DNA from: an uncultured Neisseria sp.
GTDB taxonomy: Bacteria > Pseudomonadota > Gammaproteobacteria > Burkholderiales > UBA11063
Length of the DNA: 64,000 bases
Direction: 5' to 3'
Assembly (NCBI GenBank): GCA_964652705.1
Contig: CAZZAV010000002.1
Location: 47,306-111,305 of the forward strand
Of this stretch, positions 8,777 to 19,528 are shown in pieces (position 1 is the stretch's first letter; each line of letters opens with the position of its first letter). Position numbers and translations under genes: made by a program. A model generated the notes under the pieces. That model worked only from the letters and a program-made list of their open reading frames with translations. It was not told where the DNA came from and made no database searches.

Positions 8777-9939
8777 AGATAGCATTTACATTAGGGTCTG
8801 AAAAAATCAGTGGTGGTACATATGTGATTTTTGAACATGCAATTAGAATAAATAGACAAGATAATTTTGAAGTAACGATTATCACCGAGCATGTAATTAA
8901 TAAAGATCTTGATTTATCTTGGCATCCAGAAGCTAGAGAGCTAAATTGGGGAACTTATGATTTGTGTAATGATGAATTTGATATATTAATTGGTACCTGG
9001 TGGCGAACTGTTTATGAAATGCCAAGAGTAAGAGCTAAAAATTATTGTTATTTTGTACAGTCTATCGAGTCAAAATTTTATAGTGCGCAAGATGAGAATA
9101 TAATTCGTCAATTAGTTGATTCCACTTATAAATTAGGTATGCCTATAATCACAGAGGCAACTTGGATTAAAGATTATTTATTGGATAATTATAATATTAA
9201 TGCTTACTTAGTTAAAAATGGAATACGTAAAGATGTTTATACCATCATGGGAGAATACATTGTACCGAAACTAGAAAAAGGTAAATTGCGTATTTTAGTA
9301 GAGGGGCCACTTGGAGTTGATTTTAAAAACACTGAAAAAGCTTTAGAGCTAGCACGTAAATCTGATGCGGATGAGATATGGTTAATGACGTCATCTCATA
9401 TTAAAACTCATAAGCTTGCTGATCGAGTATTTTCGCAAGTCCCGATATTTAAAACTCCTGAGATTTACCGTTCTTGTGACTTAGTGTTGAAGTTGAGTTA
9501 TGTGGAGGGTATGTTTGGGCCTCCATTAGAGATGTTTCATTGTGGTGGAACTGCGGTTGTTTACGATGTGACTGGACACGATGAGTATATGGTGCACAAA
9601 TATAATTCTTATGTTGTACATCGAGATAATGAGCAAAAAGTTATTGATTATCTTAATTACCTAAAAAAACATTATAACACCCTTAGTGAGTTAAAATATA
9701 ATGCATCTATTACGGCTGAGAATTGGTATGGCTGGGATGATGCAGCTGAGTGTTTTAAGCAATCATTATTTGATATTATTGAACACGGCACAATCAATCA
9801 AGATATTTTGAAACAAAATTGCACTTTCTTTTTTAATTGGTATGTAATTGCTGAAAATTATCGTCTAGTAAATAATAAAAACTTTAGCGGAAGAGTACGC
9901 GGCAAGCTTAGAAAGCTTAAAGTTAAATTTTTAGGTTAG
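8773..9939 (+). CDS. GT4-type (GT-B) glycosyltransferase, paralogue A
   Basis: ISGGTYVIFEHA, FVQSIESKFY and EGMFGPPLEMFHCG. Overlaps the previous gene by ATGA. Confidence 0.75.
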   Translation: MKIAFTLGSEKISGGTYVIFEHAIRINRQDNFEVTIITEHVINKDLDLSWHPEARELNWGTYDLCNDEFDILIGTWWRTVYEMPRVRAKNYCYFVQSIESKFYSAQDENIIRQLVDSTYKLGMPIITEATWIKDYLLDNYNINAYLVKNGIRKDVYTIMGEYIVPKLEKGKLRILVEGPLGVDFKNTEKALELARKSDADEIWLMTSSHIKTHKLADRVFSQVPIFKTPEIYRSCDLVLKLSYVEGMFGPPLEMFHCGGTAVVYDVTGHDEYMVHKYNSYVVHRDNEQKVIDYLNYLKKHYNTLSELKYNASITAENWYGWDDAAECFKQSLFDIIEHGTINQDILKQNCTFFFNWYVIAENYRLVNNKNFSGRVRGKLRKLKVKFLG

Positions 9940-9974
9940 TATGTTATTTTTCTTAGTTGTATGGGAGATTTATA

Positions 9975-11180
9975 GTGCAGATTGCATTTTTATTACCTCA
10001 GATTGGAATAAATGGTGGTATTTATGTTGTACTAGAGTATGCAACTAGAATAAATGTAAAGCCTAATGTTGAAGTTTTTATTATTACTGAAAAGCCTACA
10101 TTAATTGAAGATTATAGTTGGCATACAAGTGCACATGAGCTTAAATTTATAACTCTTCAAGAGGTAAATTGCTTTAAGTTTGATATCACTTTTGCTACAT
10201 CATGGAGTACTGTATTTTTTTTGCCAAGTGTAAAATCTTTGGTTTATGCTTATTTTGTTCAGTCTATTGAGTCTAGGTTTTTTCTTAATAAAGATCAATT
10301 ATTTCCGCTTATGGCAGATTTTACATACGCCTGCAATATACCGACAATTACTGAAGCAACTTGGATAAAAGAATATCTTTATGACAAATATGGAAGCAGT
10401 TCCTATTTAGTAAAAAATGGTATTCGTAAAGACCTTTATCGTACAGATGGTGCCTTAATTAAGCCACGAGATAGACATATATTAAGAGTGTTGGTTGAGG
10501 GGCCTCTTGGTGTAAGTTTTAAAAATGTGGAAAAAACTTTAACGTTATGTAAAAAATCCTTAGCTGATGAGGTTTGGCTGCTGACATCAAGTAAAACATC
10601 TGATCTATCTTTAGCAGATAGAGTTTTTTCACATATTACCATTGAACAAGTGCCATTAGTTTATCGTTCGTGTGATGTAATTGTAAAGCTTAGTTATGTT
10701 GAAGGTATGTTTGGGCCACCATTAGAGCTTTTTCATTGTGGAGGCACTGCTATTGTTTATGATGTTACTGGTCATGATGAATATATTATTAATAATCATA
10801 ACGGTATCGTAATTGCACCTGACGATGAAATTGGTGTGATAAACGCTATTAATGAGCTTAAGCGTAATCCAGATAAACTAGCGCAGCTTAAATTACATGC
10901 TCTTGAGACAGCCAACGCTTGGCATGATTGGGCGTCAGCCTCAGAAGATTTTTTTAATGCTTCTGAAGAGTTAATTAGTAATGCAAGTAATAATAACAAA
11001 AATAATAAACATCTCCTTGAATTAATTGATAATTTTAAACGCGTTGTGGAGTTGAGAGATGATCATACGATTTTAAACCAGATAATAAACTCTACTAGTT
11101 GGAGGTTAACCAAACCGTTACGTTATTTTAATCAATTACTTAAAAATTTAAAATGGAAATTAAATACGAAGTTTCGATAA
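9975..11180 (+). CDS. GT4-type (GT-B) glycosyltransferase, paralogue B, with C-terminal SWRLTKPLR tail
   Basis: Shares long motif blocks with paralogue A. GTG start at 9975 with GGGAG 7 nt upstream gives MQIAFL, aligning with MKIAFT. Confidence 0.75.
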   Translation: MQIAFLLPQIGINGGIYVVLEYATRINVKPNVEVFIITEKPTLIEDYSWHTSAHELKFITLQEVNCFKFDITFATSWSTVFFLPSVKSLVYAYFVQSIESRFFLNKDQLFPLMADFTYACNIPTITEATWIKEYLYDKYGSSSYLVKNGIRKDLYRTDGALIKPRDRHILRVLVEGPLGVSFKNVEKTLTLCKKSLADEVWLLTSSKTSDLSLADRVFSHITIEQVPLVYRSCDVIVKLSYVEGMFGPPLELFHCGGTAIVYDVTGHDEYIINNHNGIVIAPDDEIGVINAINELKRNPDKLAQLKLHALETANAWHDWASASEDFFNASEELISNASNNNKNNKHLLELIDNFKRVVELRDDHTILNQIINSTSWRLTKPLRYFNQLLKNLKWKLNTKFR

Positions 11181-11231
11181 ATTTAATATTATGTCTTCTA
11201 AGATTTATGCTACAAGCAACCTTCGGATTAA

Positions 11232-12149
11232 ATGAAAAAAATTATGATAAATATGTCAGTCGTTATGGCGACTTATAATGGTGCTAAATATATATCTGAG
11301 CAATTAGATAGTATCATTGCGCAAACCTTAGCTCCTGATGAAATTATCATTGTTGATGATTGTTCAAACGATAATACTTGGTTGGTTTTGAGTGAATATG
11401 CGCAGCGTTATCCGCAAATTAAACTTTATCGCAATGATGCTAATCTTGGGGTTGTTAAGACTTTTGAGGTTGCATTGATGTTATGTACTGGTGAATTTAT
11501 TGCACTTGCGGATCAAGATGATTATTGGTTACCGAATAAGCTTGAACTATTAATGGCGAATATTGGCAGCAACTGGCTAATCCATAGTGATGCTTATATT
11601 GTGGATGAGAGTCTTAATGTTATTAGTGAATCATATAACAGGATTAAACCTTATCATGACAATAGTTTAACTATGTATTTGCTACGTAACAATGTTACAG
11701 GTTGTACTGTATTACTTCATCGCGATTTATTAAAATTGGCATTACCGTTTCCACCCAATGTGATTATGCACGATCATTATTTGGCATTATGCGCTAAATA
11801 TTATGTTAAACTGATTTATTTGAATTTACCGTTATTGAAATATCGTCAACATGCTCAGAATGTAGTTGGCAGTGGAGAATCTCAGAGTTATTCGGCGATG
11901 GTTGCAAATTACCAAAAATACATTTTATTTTTGGATGGTTTATATTTTGCCAAAATTCAATTTGATCATGTTCAACTGGCTTGTGCTAAAAATTATTTTG
12001 TTTCCATTGTGAATGCACGCATGCCACAACTCGCTACGGTTAGAATGGTTAAGCAGTTATTCGGTTTAAAGAATGTTGTTGCATTATTTTTATATACGTT
12101 ATTTGGTAAGCGCTTTGCAAAATCTATGTTTGATAGAAAGAAAAGGTAG
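11232..12149 (+). CDS. GT2 glycosyltransferase (rhamnosyltransferase-like)
   Basis: SVVMATYNG, IVDDCS, ALADQDD, TGCT, MHDHYL and YRQH. Confidence 0.85.
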   Translation: MKKIMINMSVVMATYNGAKYISEQLDSIIAQTLAPDEIIIVDDCSNDNTWLVLSEYAQRYPQIKLYRNDANLGVVKTFEVALMLCTGEFIALADQDDYWLPNKLELLMANIGSNWLIHSDAYIVDESLNVISESYNRIKPYHDNSLTMYLLRNNVTGCTVLLHRDLLKLALPFPPNVIMHDHYLALCAKYYVKLIYLNLPLLKYRQHAQNVVGSGESQSYSAMVANYQKYILFLDGLYFAKIQFDHVQLACAKNYFVSIVNARMPQLATVRMVKQLFGLKNVVALFLYTLFGKRFAKSMFDRKKR

Positions 12150-12212
12150 TTCGATTGCTTATAAATTTTAACATAAGAAATCAATTTAACCAATTTATAA
12201 AAAGGATTTGAT

Positions 12213-12986
12213 ATGAAATGTGTGATCTTAGCAGGCGGTTTAGGTACTCGTTTATCTGAGGAGACGGTCTCGCGTCCAAAGCCGATGGTAGAAATTGGTG
12301 GTAAGCCCATTTTATGGCATATTATGAAACTTTATTCCTATTATGGTGTAAATGAATTTATTATTTGTTTGGGATATAAAGGTTATGTAATCAAAGAGTA
12401 TTTTGCGAATTATTTTTTGCATATGTCGGATGTAACTTTTGATATGTCGAATAATCAGATGACGGTGCATAATCAACATGCTGAGGCATGGAAAGTTACA
12501 TTGGTGGATACAGGTGATGAATCTATGACTGGTGGACGTTTGGCACGAGTAAAAGATTATGTTAAAGATGAAGAAGTTTTTTGCTTTACCTATGGCGATG
12601 GCGTTAGTGATGTAAATATTAATGATTTGATTGCCTATCATCAACAGCATGGTAAATTAGCTACGCTCACTGCTGTTACACCACCAGGTAGATTTGGCGC
12701 ATTAGATATTCAAGCTGGTAAAATTCGTAGTTTTAAAGAAAAGCCTAAAGGTGATGGAGCTTTGATTAACGGTGGGTTCTTTGTGTTATCGCCTAAAGTA
12801 ATTGATTTGATTGATGGTGATAGTTGTGTTTGGGAACAAGGACCTTTAGAGAGCCTCGCAAAAAGCTCTGAGTTAATGGCGTTTGATCATGATGGATTTT
12901 GGCAGCCAATGGATACGCTGCGTGATAAGCATCATTTGGAAGAGTTGTGGAGCTCGAATAAAGCGCCGTGGAAGTTATGGAAATGA
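12213..12986 (+). CDS. rfbF: Glucose-1-phosphate cytidylyltransferase
   Basis: [29 protein letters not shown] and [11 protein letters not shown]. Confidence 0.97.
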   Translation: MKCVILAGGLGTRLSEETVSRPKPMVEIGGKPILWHIMKLYSYYGVNEFIICLGYKGYVIKEYFANYFLHMSDVTFDMSNNQMTVHNQHAEAWKVTLVDTGDESMTGGRLARVKDYVKDEEVFCFTYGDGVSDVNINDLIAYHQQHGKLATLTAVTPPGRFGALDIQAGKIRSFKEKPKGDGALINGGFFVLSPKVIDLIDGDSCVWEQGPLESLAKSSELMAFDHDGFWQPMDTLRDKHHLEELWSSNKAPWKLWK

Positions 12987-14056
12987 TAAATTCTCAATTT
13001 TGGCAAGGTAAGAAGGTTTTACTAACTGGTTGCACGGGCTTTAAAGGTAGCTGGATGACTATTTGGTTGAATATGCTGGGTGCTAAAGTGTTCGGTTATT
13101 CATTAGCCGCACCAACTAATCCCTCGATGTGGGAAGATATGCAGCTTGAGGCGCTATGTGCTGAGATGTGTTATGCCGATATTCGTGATTATGCTCGGTT
13201 GGAGAGCTATCTTCAGCAGGTGCAGCCTGAGATTGTTATTCATATGGCGGCGCAGCCGTTGGTGCGTTATTCATACCTACATCCACGTGAAACCTATGAA
13301 GTGAATGTAATGGGCACGGTTAATTTACTTGATGCCATTCGTAATACTGGATTTGGGCGTGCCGTGGTAAATGTGACGACTGATAAATGTTATGAAAATA
13401 AAGAATGGCTATGGGCTTATCGTGAAAATGAACCGATGGGTGGGCATGACCCTTATAGCAATAGTAAAGGTTGTTCTGAATTAGTTACATCAGCGTTTAT
13501 TAATTCGTATTTTGGACATTCAGATAGCCAAACGTTTGTTGCCAGTGGCCGTGCGGGTAATGTAATTGGCGGTGGTGATTGGGCCGAAGACCGCTTAATT
13601 CCTGATATCATTCGTAGCTTTAGCAAAAATGAGCCTGTTAGTATTCGTTTTCCAAATGCGGTGCGTCCTTGGCAACATGTGCTTGAACCACTTTCGGGTT
13701 ATTTATTGTTAGCTGAAAAATTATATAACGACAAACAGTATTATGTTGGCGGCTGGAATTTTGGTCCACTTGATAGCGATACCAAAACAGTTGCACAAAT
13801 TGTGGATCAGATGTGTGCTATTTGGGGCGATGTTGCAAGTTGGAGTCGCGATGGGAATGATAATCCACATGAAGCGAATTTATTACGCCTAGATTGTTCC
13901 AAAGCACGAATGTTGCTGAATTGGCAACCAGCTTGGAATAGTCAAATAACTTTAACTAAATTAACTTTATGGTATAAGGCTTATTTTGCAGGGCAGGATA
14001 TGTTAGATTTGAGTAAACAACAAATTAATGAGTATATGAAGGATATGCAATGCTAG
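12983..14056 (+). CDS. rfbG: CDP-glucose 4,6-dehydratase
   Basis: [35 protein letters not shown] and [14 protein letters not shown] overlap with rfbF. Confidence 0.97.
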   Translation: MINSQFWQGKKVLLTGCTGFKGSWMTIWLNMLGAKVFGYSLAAPTNPSMWEDMQLEALCAEMCYADIRDYARLESYLQQVQPEIVIHMAAQPLVRYSYLHPRETYEVNVMGTVNLLDAIRNTGFGRAVVNVTTDKCYENKEWLWAYRENEPMGGHDPYSNSKGCSELVTSAFINSYFGHSDSQTFVASGRAGNVIGGGDWAEDRLIPDIIRSFSKNEPVSIRFPNAVRPWQHVLEPLSGYLLLAEKLYNDKQYYVGGWNFGPLDSDTKTVAQIVDQMCAIWGDVASWSRDGNDNPHEANLLRLDCSKARMLLNWQPAWNSQITLTKLTLWYKAYFAGQDMLDLSKQQINEYMKDMQC

Positions 14057-15360
14057 AACAATTGCAAACAGAAATTTTAGATTTAGTGGGTAAATTTGCA
14101 GAGCAAAAATATGTTGCAAAACCATTTATAGCTGGTGAAACGGTTATTCCTCCAGCTGGTAAAGTTATTGGTGAATTAGAGCTTAAGTATATGGTTGAGG
14201 CTTCGTTAGATGGTTGGTTAACCACTGGGCACTTTAATACTAAGTTTGAACAAGGTTTGGCTAAATATTTGAACGTTAAACATTTAATTACGGTTAATTC
14301 TGGTTCATCAGCAAATTTGGTTGCTTTTAGTACCTTGACCTCGTATAAGCTTGGTGAGCGTGCTATAAAGCCTGGGGATGAAGTGATTTCAGTGGCGGCA
14401 GGATTTCCAACGACAATTAATCCAATTCTTCAACAGGGTGCTGTGCCAGTTTTTTTAGATGTTGATATCCCTACTTATAATATTGACGTAACTAAGTTGG
14501 AAGATGCGATTACTTCTAAAACTAAGGCAGTATTTATTGCGCATACTTTAGGCAATCCATTTAACCTAAAAGCTATCCGTGAGATTTGTGATAAATATAA
14601 GTTGTGGCTAATTGAAGATTGTTGTGATGCTCTTGGTTCAAAATATGATGGTAAACGAGTTGGTACTTTCGGTGATATAGGGACCGTTAGTTTTTATCCA
14701 GCTCATCATATAACTATGGGTGAAGGCGGTGCTGTATTTACGAATAATGATGAATTAAAAGTGATCGCTGAATCATTCCGCGACTGGGGGCGTGATTGTT
14801 ATTGTAATCCTGGTTGTGATAATACCTGTGGTAAACGTTATTGTCAACAGCTCGGTAAATTGCCTTTTGGTTATGATCATAAATATACATATTCTCATTT
14901 AGGTTATAATCTTAAAATTACAGATATGCAAGCTGCATGTGGTTTAGCTCAATTGGAACGCCTAGATGGATTTGTAGAGAAACGTAAAGAGAATTTCGAT
15001 TATTTAAAAAATAAATTACAAGAGTGTGCTGAGTTTTTAGTCCTACCTGAGGCAACTGAGAACTCAGAGCCTTCATGGTTTGGTTTCCCGATTACCATTA
15101 AGGAAAATGCTGGCTTTAAGCGTACCGATTTGTTGAATTACCTTGAAGATAATAAAATTGGCACACGGTTACTTTTTGCAGGAAATGTGACTAAACAGCC
15201 TTATATGCAAGGACGCAATTATCGCGTTGTAGGTGAGTTAATTAATTCTGATCGAATTATGAACCAAACTTTTTGGGTTGGAATTTATCCTGGTTTAACT
15301 GAGGAAATGTTAGACTTCACGGCAGAAACTATCAGCCAATTTTGTGGTGTTGGATTCTGA
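14050..15360 (+). CDS. rfbH: CDP-4-keto-6-deoxyglucose 3-dehydratase (E1)
   Basis: [16 protein letters not shown] and [14 protein letters not shown] (His in place of the PLP Lys). Also [14 protein letters not shown] and [14 protein letters not shown]. Confidence 0.96.
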   Translation: MLEQLQTEILDLVGKFAEQKYVAKPFIAGETVIPPAGKVIGELELKYMVEASLDGWLTTGHFNTKFEQGLAKYLNVKHLITVNSGSSANLVAFSTLTSYKLGERAIKPGDEVISVAAGFPTTINPILQQGAVPVFLDVDIPTYNIDVTKLEDAITSKTKAVFIAHTLGNPFNLKAIREICDKYKLWLIEDCCDALGSKYDGKRVGTFGDIGTVSFYPAHHITMGEGGAVFTNNDELKVIAESFRDWGRDCYCNPGCDNTCGKRYCQQLGKLPFGYDHKYTYSHLGYNLKITDMQAACGLAQLERLDGFVEKRKENFDYLKNKLQECAEFLVLPEATENSEPSWFGFPITIKENAGFKRTDLLNYLEDNKIGTRLLFAGNVTKQPYMQGRNYRVVGELINSDRIMNQTFWVGIYPGLTEEMLDFTAETISQFCGVGF

Positions 15361-15370
15361 AAGTGAATAA

Positions 15371-17149
15371 ATGAGCAAGATAAAAGCATCTGATTATATT
15401 GTTGAATGGTTTAGTAAAAATGGCGTAGACACTGTTTTTGGTTATCAAGGTGGTATGGTAACACATATTGCGGATTCTATAAATAATCATCCTATGGTTA
15501 GCTTTATACAGGCATATCATGAACAAAGTGCCGCTTTTGCGGCAGTTGGTTATGCACGATATAGGAATAGTATAGGTGTAGCTATTGCCACGAGTGGACC
15601 TGGTGCTACAAATATGATAACTGCTATTGCAGATGCTTTTTTTGATTCTGTTCCTGTGATTTTTATTACTGGTCAGGTAAATGCTTATGAATATAAATAT
15701 GATAGACCGATTAGACAGTTGGGGTTTCAAGAAACTAATGTTGTTGATATGGTTAAACCTATAACAAAATACGCTGCACTAGTTGATAAGGTTGAGGATA
15801 TTCCATTAGCCCTTGATAATGCTTTAAAAATTGCTTTGAGTGGCAGAATGGGTCCAGTTTTATTAGATTTGCCTATGAATGTGCAACGAGAGTTTATTAA
15901 TTTAGATGATGTAAGCCAGTGTGCATTTGTATGTTCTGATGAGCAGTTACCGGTATTCAATATCAATATAGATAATATTTTATCTGTAATAAATGAATCA
16001 AGTAAACCGCTTGTGTTAATAGGTGGTGGGGTATATAAAGACAATTGTGCCAAGGAAGTATTTGACTTTCTTAATAAAAATAATTTGCCTTTTATATCCT
16101 CTTTACATGGTAAAAATTCGTGTGATGAAACATCTGACTTATATCTTGGTACGATCGGTTCTTATGGCAATCGGTGTGCTAATATGGCATTAGGAAGTGC
16201 AGACTTGCTAATTGTATTGGGTGCGAGATTAGATGTTCGTCAAACTGGAGGTCTGCTAACTGGTTTTTTGCCACATGGTCAAATTATTCAAGTTGATATA
16301 GATGCCAATGAATTAAACTATGGTAGGGTAATAAATAAAAAATTAAACATAAATACCAACATAAGAAGTTTTATTGAAGCCTTGGAATCAATAGATTTAT
16401 TTGAATATAATCCTTCTTGGGTAAATTATTTAACCAATCTTAAATGCAAATATAATCAACAAAAAGAGATATTAAGAAATATAGACAATAGCTCTCCATA
16501 TAAACTGATGGAACTACTTAATAATACCGCGGAAGCAAATGATATTTTTTGTGCCGATGTTGGGCAGAATCAAATGTGGGCGATGCAAATGCTAAAGTTA
16601 CAAAAAAATCAACAGTTTCATACCTCTGGTGGCCTCGGTTCAATGGGGAGTTGCCTTCCAATCGCTGTAGGTATAGCGTTTGCAAAAAAAGACTCTTCTA
16701 CAGTATATGCAATTAATGGCGATGGTGGTTTGCATATGTCCTTACAAAGTTTGCTTTTAATTAGTCAATATGATTTACCAATTAAAGTTGTGCTCATCAA
16801 TAATAAAGCTCTTGGTATGATTACTCAGTTTCAGGAGTTATATTTTAATAATCAGATGGTTGGTACAAAGTTATCTGGTGGATATGCAGTTCCAAATTTT
16901 TTAGATATCGCAAGATCATATAACCTAAAGTATATTAAAGTTGATGTGACAAATAATCGCGAATTTAGTAATGATGAGTTTAGAGAGTTTTTTGTATCCA
17001 AAAATTGTATTTTAGAGTACGTTATTGATGATTGCAAGGTGTTTCCTAAGTTAGAATTTAATCAACCTAGTTATAATCCTTCACCAGTTTTACCTGAAGA
17101 CGAACTTTTGGATAATATGTTGATTACATCAGCTGAGGTGAATCAATAA
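15371..17149 (+). CDS. ThDP-dependent acetolactate-synthase-like enzyme, YerE-like (branched-chain sugar biosynthesis)
   Basis: Catalytic HEQSAAFAA, TSGPGATN and the ThDP motif GDGG...NN. It lies 10 nt after rfbH, with no AHAS small subunit nearby. Confidence 0.75.
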   Translation: MSKIKASDYIVEWFSKNGVDTVFGYQGGMVTHIADSINNHPMVSFIQAYHEQSAAFAAVGYARYRNSIGVAIATSGPGATNMITAIADAFFDSVPVIFITGQVNAYEYKYDRPIRQLGFQETNVVDMVKPITKYAALVDKVEDIPLALDNALKIALSGRMGPVLLDLPMNVQREFINLDDVSQCAFVCSDEQLPVFNINIDNILSVINESSKPLVLIGGGVYKDNCAKEVFDFLNKNNLPFISSLHGKNSCDETSDLYLGTIGSYGNRCANMALGSADLLIVLGARLDVRQTGGLLTGFLPHGQIIQVDIDANELNYGRVINKKLNINTNIRSFIEALESIDLFEYNPSWVNYLTNLKCKYNQQKEILRNIDNSSPYKLMELLNNTAEANDIFCADVGQNQMWAMQMLKLQKNQQFHTSGGLGSMGSCLPIAVGIAFAKKDSSTVYAINGDGGLHMSLQSLLLISQYDLPIKVVLINNKALGMITQFQELYFNNQMVGTKLSGGYAVPNFLDIARSYNLKYIKVDVTNNREFSNDEFREFFVSKNCILEYVIDDCKVFPKLEFNQPSYNPSPVLPEDELLDNMLITSAEVNQ

Positions 17150-18165
17150 TGGCATATGATGTAAGTTTAGGTAATATTAATTTGACTTTGCTTGCAAGCA
17201 AAAAGATTTTTATCACTGGTGGGACTGGTTTTTTGGGTAAAAATCTGCTGAAATTTTTAACCGATAATGATATTAATCCACATAATGTGACTATTTTAAC
17301 GCGTAATGAGAAGAAATTTAGGCAACAATTCCCAGAATTATCCAATCAAGAATGGCTAAACTTTGAGCAATCAGATATTAGAGAGCTACAGTGGAACAAT
17401 CATGAGTATGATTACTTTATCCATGCTGCAACAAGCGTTATAGATCAAGCAGATTCTGGAACCTTATTTGATGAAATAGTTATAGGAACCAAACAAGCCT
17501 TGATATTTGCTGAATTAGCTGGTGTTAAGAGTTTTATAAATATAAGCTCAGGAGCTGTTTATCAAACTAATTTTTTACTTAAAGGAATAACTGAAAATTC
17601 TCCATTGGTTCATCAATTAGATAATTACAAAAACACTTATGCAATAGCTAAAATAAGTGGCGAACATTTGGCATACTTATCTACGCATAATAAGACAATG
17701 AAAGTTACTACTCTACGGTGCTTTTGTTTTGCTGGTAGATATTTGGAATCAACTCATTTTGCAATAGGAGATTTTGTACAAAAAGCACTTAATCATGAAG
17801 ATATAATTGTACAGTCGGGTAATGGTGTTTATCGCTCTTATTTAACTGGAGCTGATTTGGCAAGACAAATATTTGAAACGTTGGCTTTATCTGAAATTCG
17901 CGCAAATAATTACGAGGTATTTAACCTTGGGTCTGATATTGCAATAAGCTTACCTGATTTGGCACATAAAGTAGTCGCAGTTTTAGGTGGTAAGTCCAAA
18001 GTTACTATACCAAATATAAACCATACAGATATTAACTATTATGTGCCAAATGTTGATAAGCTGCAACATTTGTTAAACAGTGATGTTAGAGCACTAGATT
18101 TAATTATTTTAGAAACTGCACAGTATTATAGCGAATTGTTTTATCAAGTAGGTAAATGGTGCTAA
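17149..18165 (+). CDS. Extended SDR NAD-dependent epimerase/reductase (YerF-like or 4-ketoreductase)
   Basis: ITGGTGFLG, SSGAVY and YAIAK. Translationally coupled to the ThDP gene (TAATG). Confidence 0.8.
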   Translation: MAYDVSLGNINLTLLASKKIFITGGTGFLGKNLLKFLTDNDINPHNVTILTRNEKKFRQQFPELSNQEWLNFEQSDIRELQWNNHEYDYFIHAATSVIDQADSGTLFDEIVIGTKQALIFAELAGVKSFINISSGAVYQTNFLLKGITENSPLVHQLDNYKNTYAIAKISGEHLAYLSTHNKTMKVTTLRCFCFAGRYLESTHFAIGDFVQKALNHEDIIVQSGNGVYRSYLTGADLARQIFETLALSEIRANNYEVFNLGSDIAISLPDLAHKVVAVLGGKSKVTIPNINHTDINYYVPNVDKLQHLLNSDVRALDLIILETAQYYSELFYQVGKWC

Positions 18166-18235
18166 TTAACATTTGGTGAATTTTATATACTTGATCAGTT
18201 AATAAAGCTGTTGATTTTATGAGAAAGGTTAGTTG

Positions 18236-19528
18236 ATGAAGATGCCAAAAACATTATTGATTGCTTCTGCTGGTTGGTCTAACAGAATTATTGCGGCATC
18301 AGTGCAAATTATTTCGATCCCTATCTTTATTCGGCTATTGGGGTTGGATGGTTATGCTGCATTTTCAGTTGTTTCTGGATTCATCTGTTGGTTTGCTTTA
18401 GCTGAGCTTGGTCTTGGTAGTGTTTTACAAAATGAAATTTCTGCACGCCAAGCGAGACATCAAGCATTAGATGGTGTTATTGAGAGACATCTTTCAATAT
18501 TAATTTTTACCACTATATTTTGTATCTTGCTTTATATCCCATTGAGTTTTTTAGTTAATCATTGGTTATCGAATACCTTCAGTTCATATCAGTATTTATT
18601 ATTGATTGCTGGTTGTTTTTATATGTTTTTATTTAACTCGAATGTAGTTTATAAGATATTTTTTGCTAAGCATTGTGGTTATATTAGTTATATTTTTCAG
18701 AGTATCGGTAATTTATTGTGGTTTGGGATTTTATTGTTGCTTACGTTTTGGAGTAAATTAAAGTTTTCTCCTGAACTGATTATTCTTGTAACCCTAATTC
18801 CTCAGATCTGTGTTTCACTTTTTCTGTATACTCGGCTTGAAATAAATTGGAAGAATGTTTGTAGTTTTCCTTCAGTTACTCTTTTTCAAGAGTACAAATC
18901 CATACTAAAAATGTCTATGAATTTTTTTTGGGTTAGCTTGATGTCCAATTTTGTTTTGGGTGTTGATTATTTTTTTATTGCAAAATTTTTAAACCAACAT
19001 GACATTGTAACCTACAATATTATTAATAAAATATACATTTTTGTTGCTTTTGGTTATAGCGTTTTATTAGCATCATTGTGGCCAATTTTATCCGAGTTAT
19101 ATGTTATTGGCGAAAAGTCTAGCTACAGGAAAGCTAATCGTACTTTAGTCAAATATATATTTTCTGCATTTTTTTACGTAATTTTTGCGTCTTCATTAAT
19201 TATAATATTTCGTGGTTATATCTCTTCAATCTTAGCTAAGTCAGCTATTGAGATATCAGTTCAATTAATTGTTTTATTCTGTGTATACTATTGTATTCGT
19301 GTTATCGTCGATTTCATTTGTGTAGCATTACAAAGTCGTGGTCAAGTGAGGGTTTTAATGGTAACAGCGCCACTACAAGCAATAGCAACCATTTTATTGA
19401 TGAAGGCTTTTGTGAATAAATATGCACTAATGGGAATTATGTATGCTTTAATACTGGGTTTTATTTTAACTGCATTTTGGATCTTACCAGTTTCTTATTT
19501 TCGGGGGAATAACCGTGCAACAGAATAA
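18236..19528 (+). CDS. wzx: Wzx O-unit flippase, RfbX type
   Basis: About 12 TM segments. LGSVLQNEIS, VDYFFIA, LWPILSEL and IRVIVD..LQS recall the Salmonella group B RfbX as I remember it. Confidence 0.8.
   Translation: MKMPKTLLIASAGWSNRIIAASVQIISIPIFIRLLGLDGYAAFSVVSGFICWFALAELGLGSVLQNEISARQARHQALDGVIERHLSILIFTTIFCILLYIPLSFLVNHWLSNTFSSYQYLLLIAGCFYMFLFNSNVVYKIFFAKHCGYISYIFQSIGNLLWFGILLLLTFWSKLKFSPELIILVTLIPQICVSLFLYTRLEINWKNVCSFPSVTLFQEYKSILKMSMNFFWVSLMSNFVLGVDYFFIAKFLNQHDIVTYNIINKIYIFVAFGYSVLLASLWPILSELYVIGEKSSYRKANRTLVKYIFSAFFYVIFASSLIIIFRGYISSILAKSAIEISVQLIVLFCVYYCIRVIVDFICVALQSRGQVRVLMVTAPLQAIATILLMKAFVNKYALMGIMYALILGFILTAFWILPVSYFRGNNRATE

Noticed and set aside
15371-17149. Housekeeping acetohydroxyacid synthase (ilvB/ilvI)
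   Set aside because: No small regulatory subunit or ilvC nearby, and it is tightly coupled within CDP-sugar genes.
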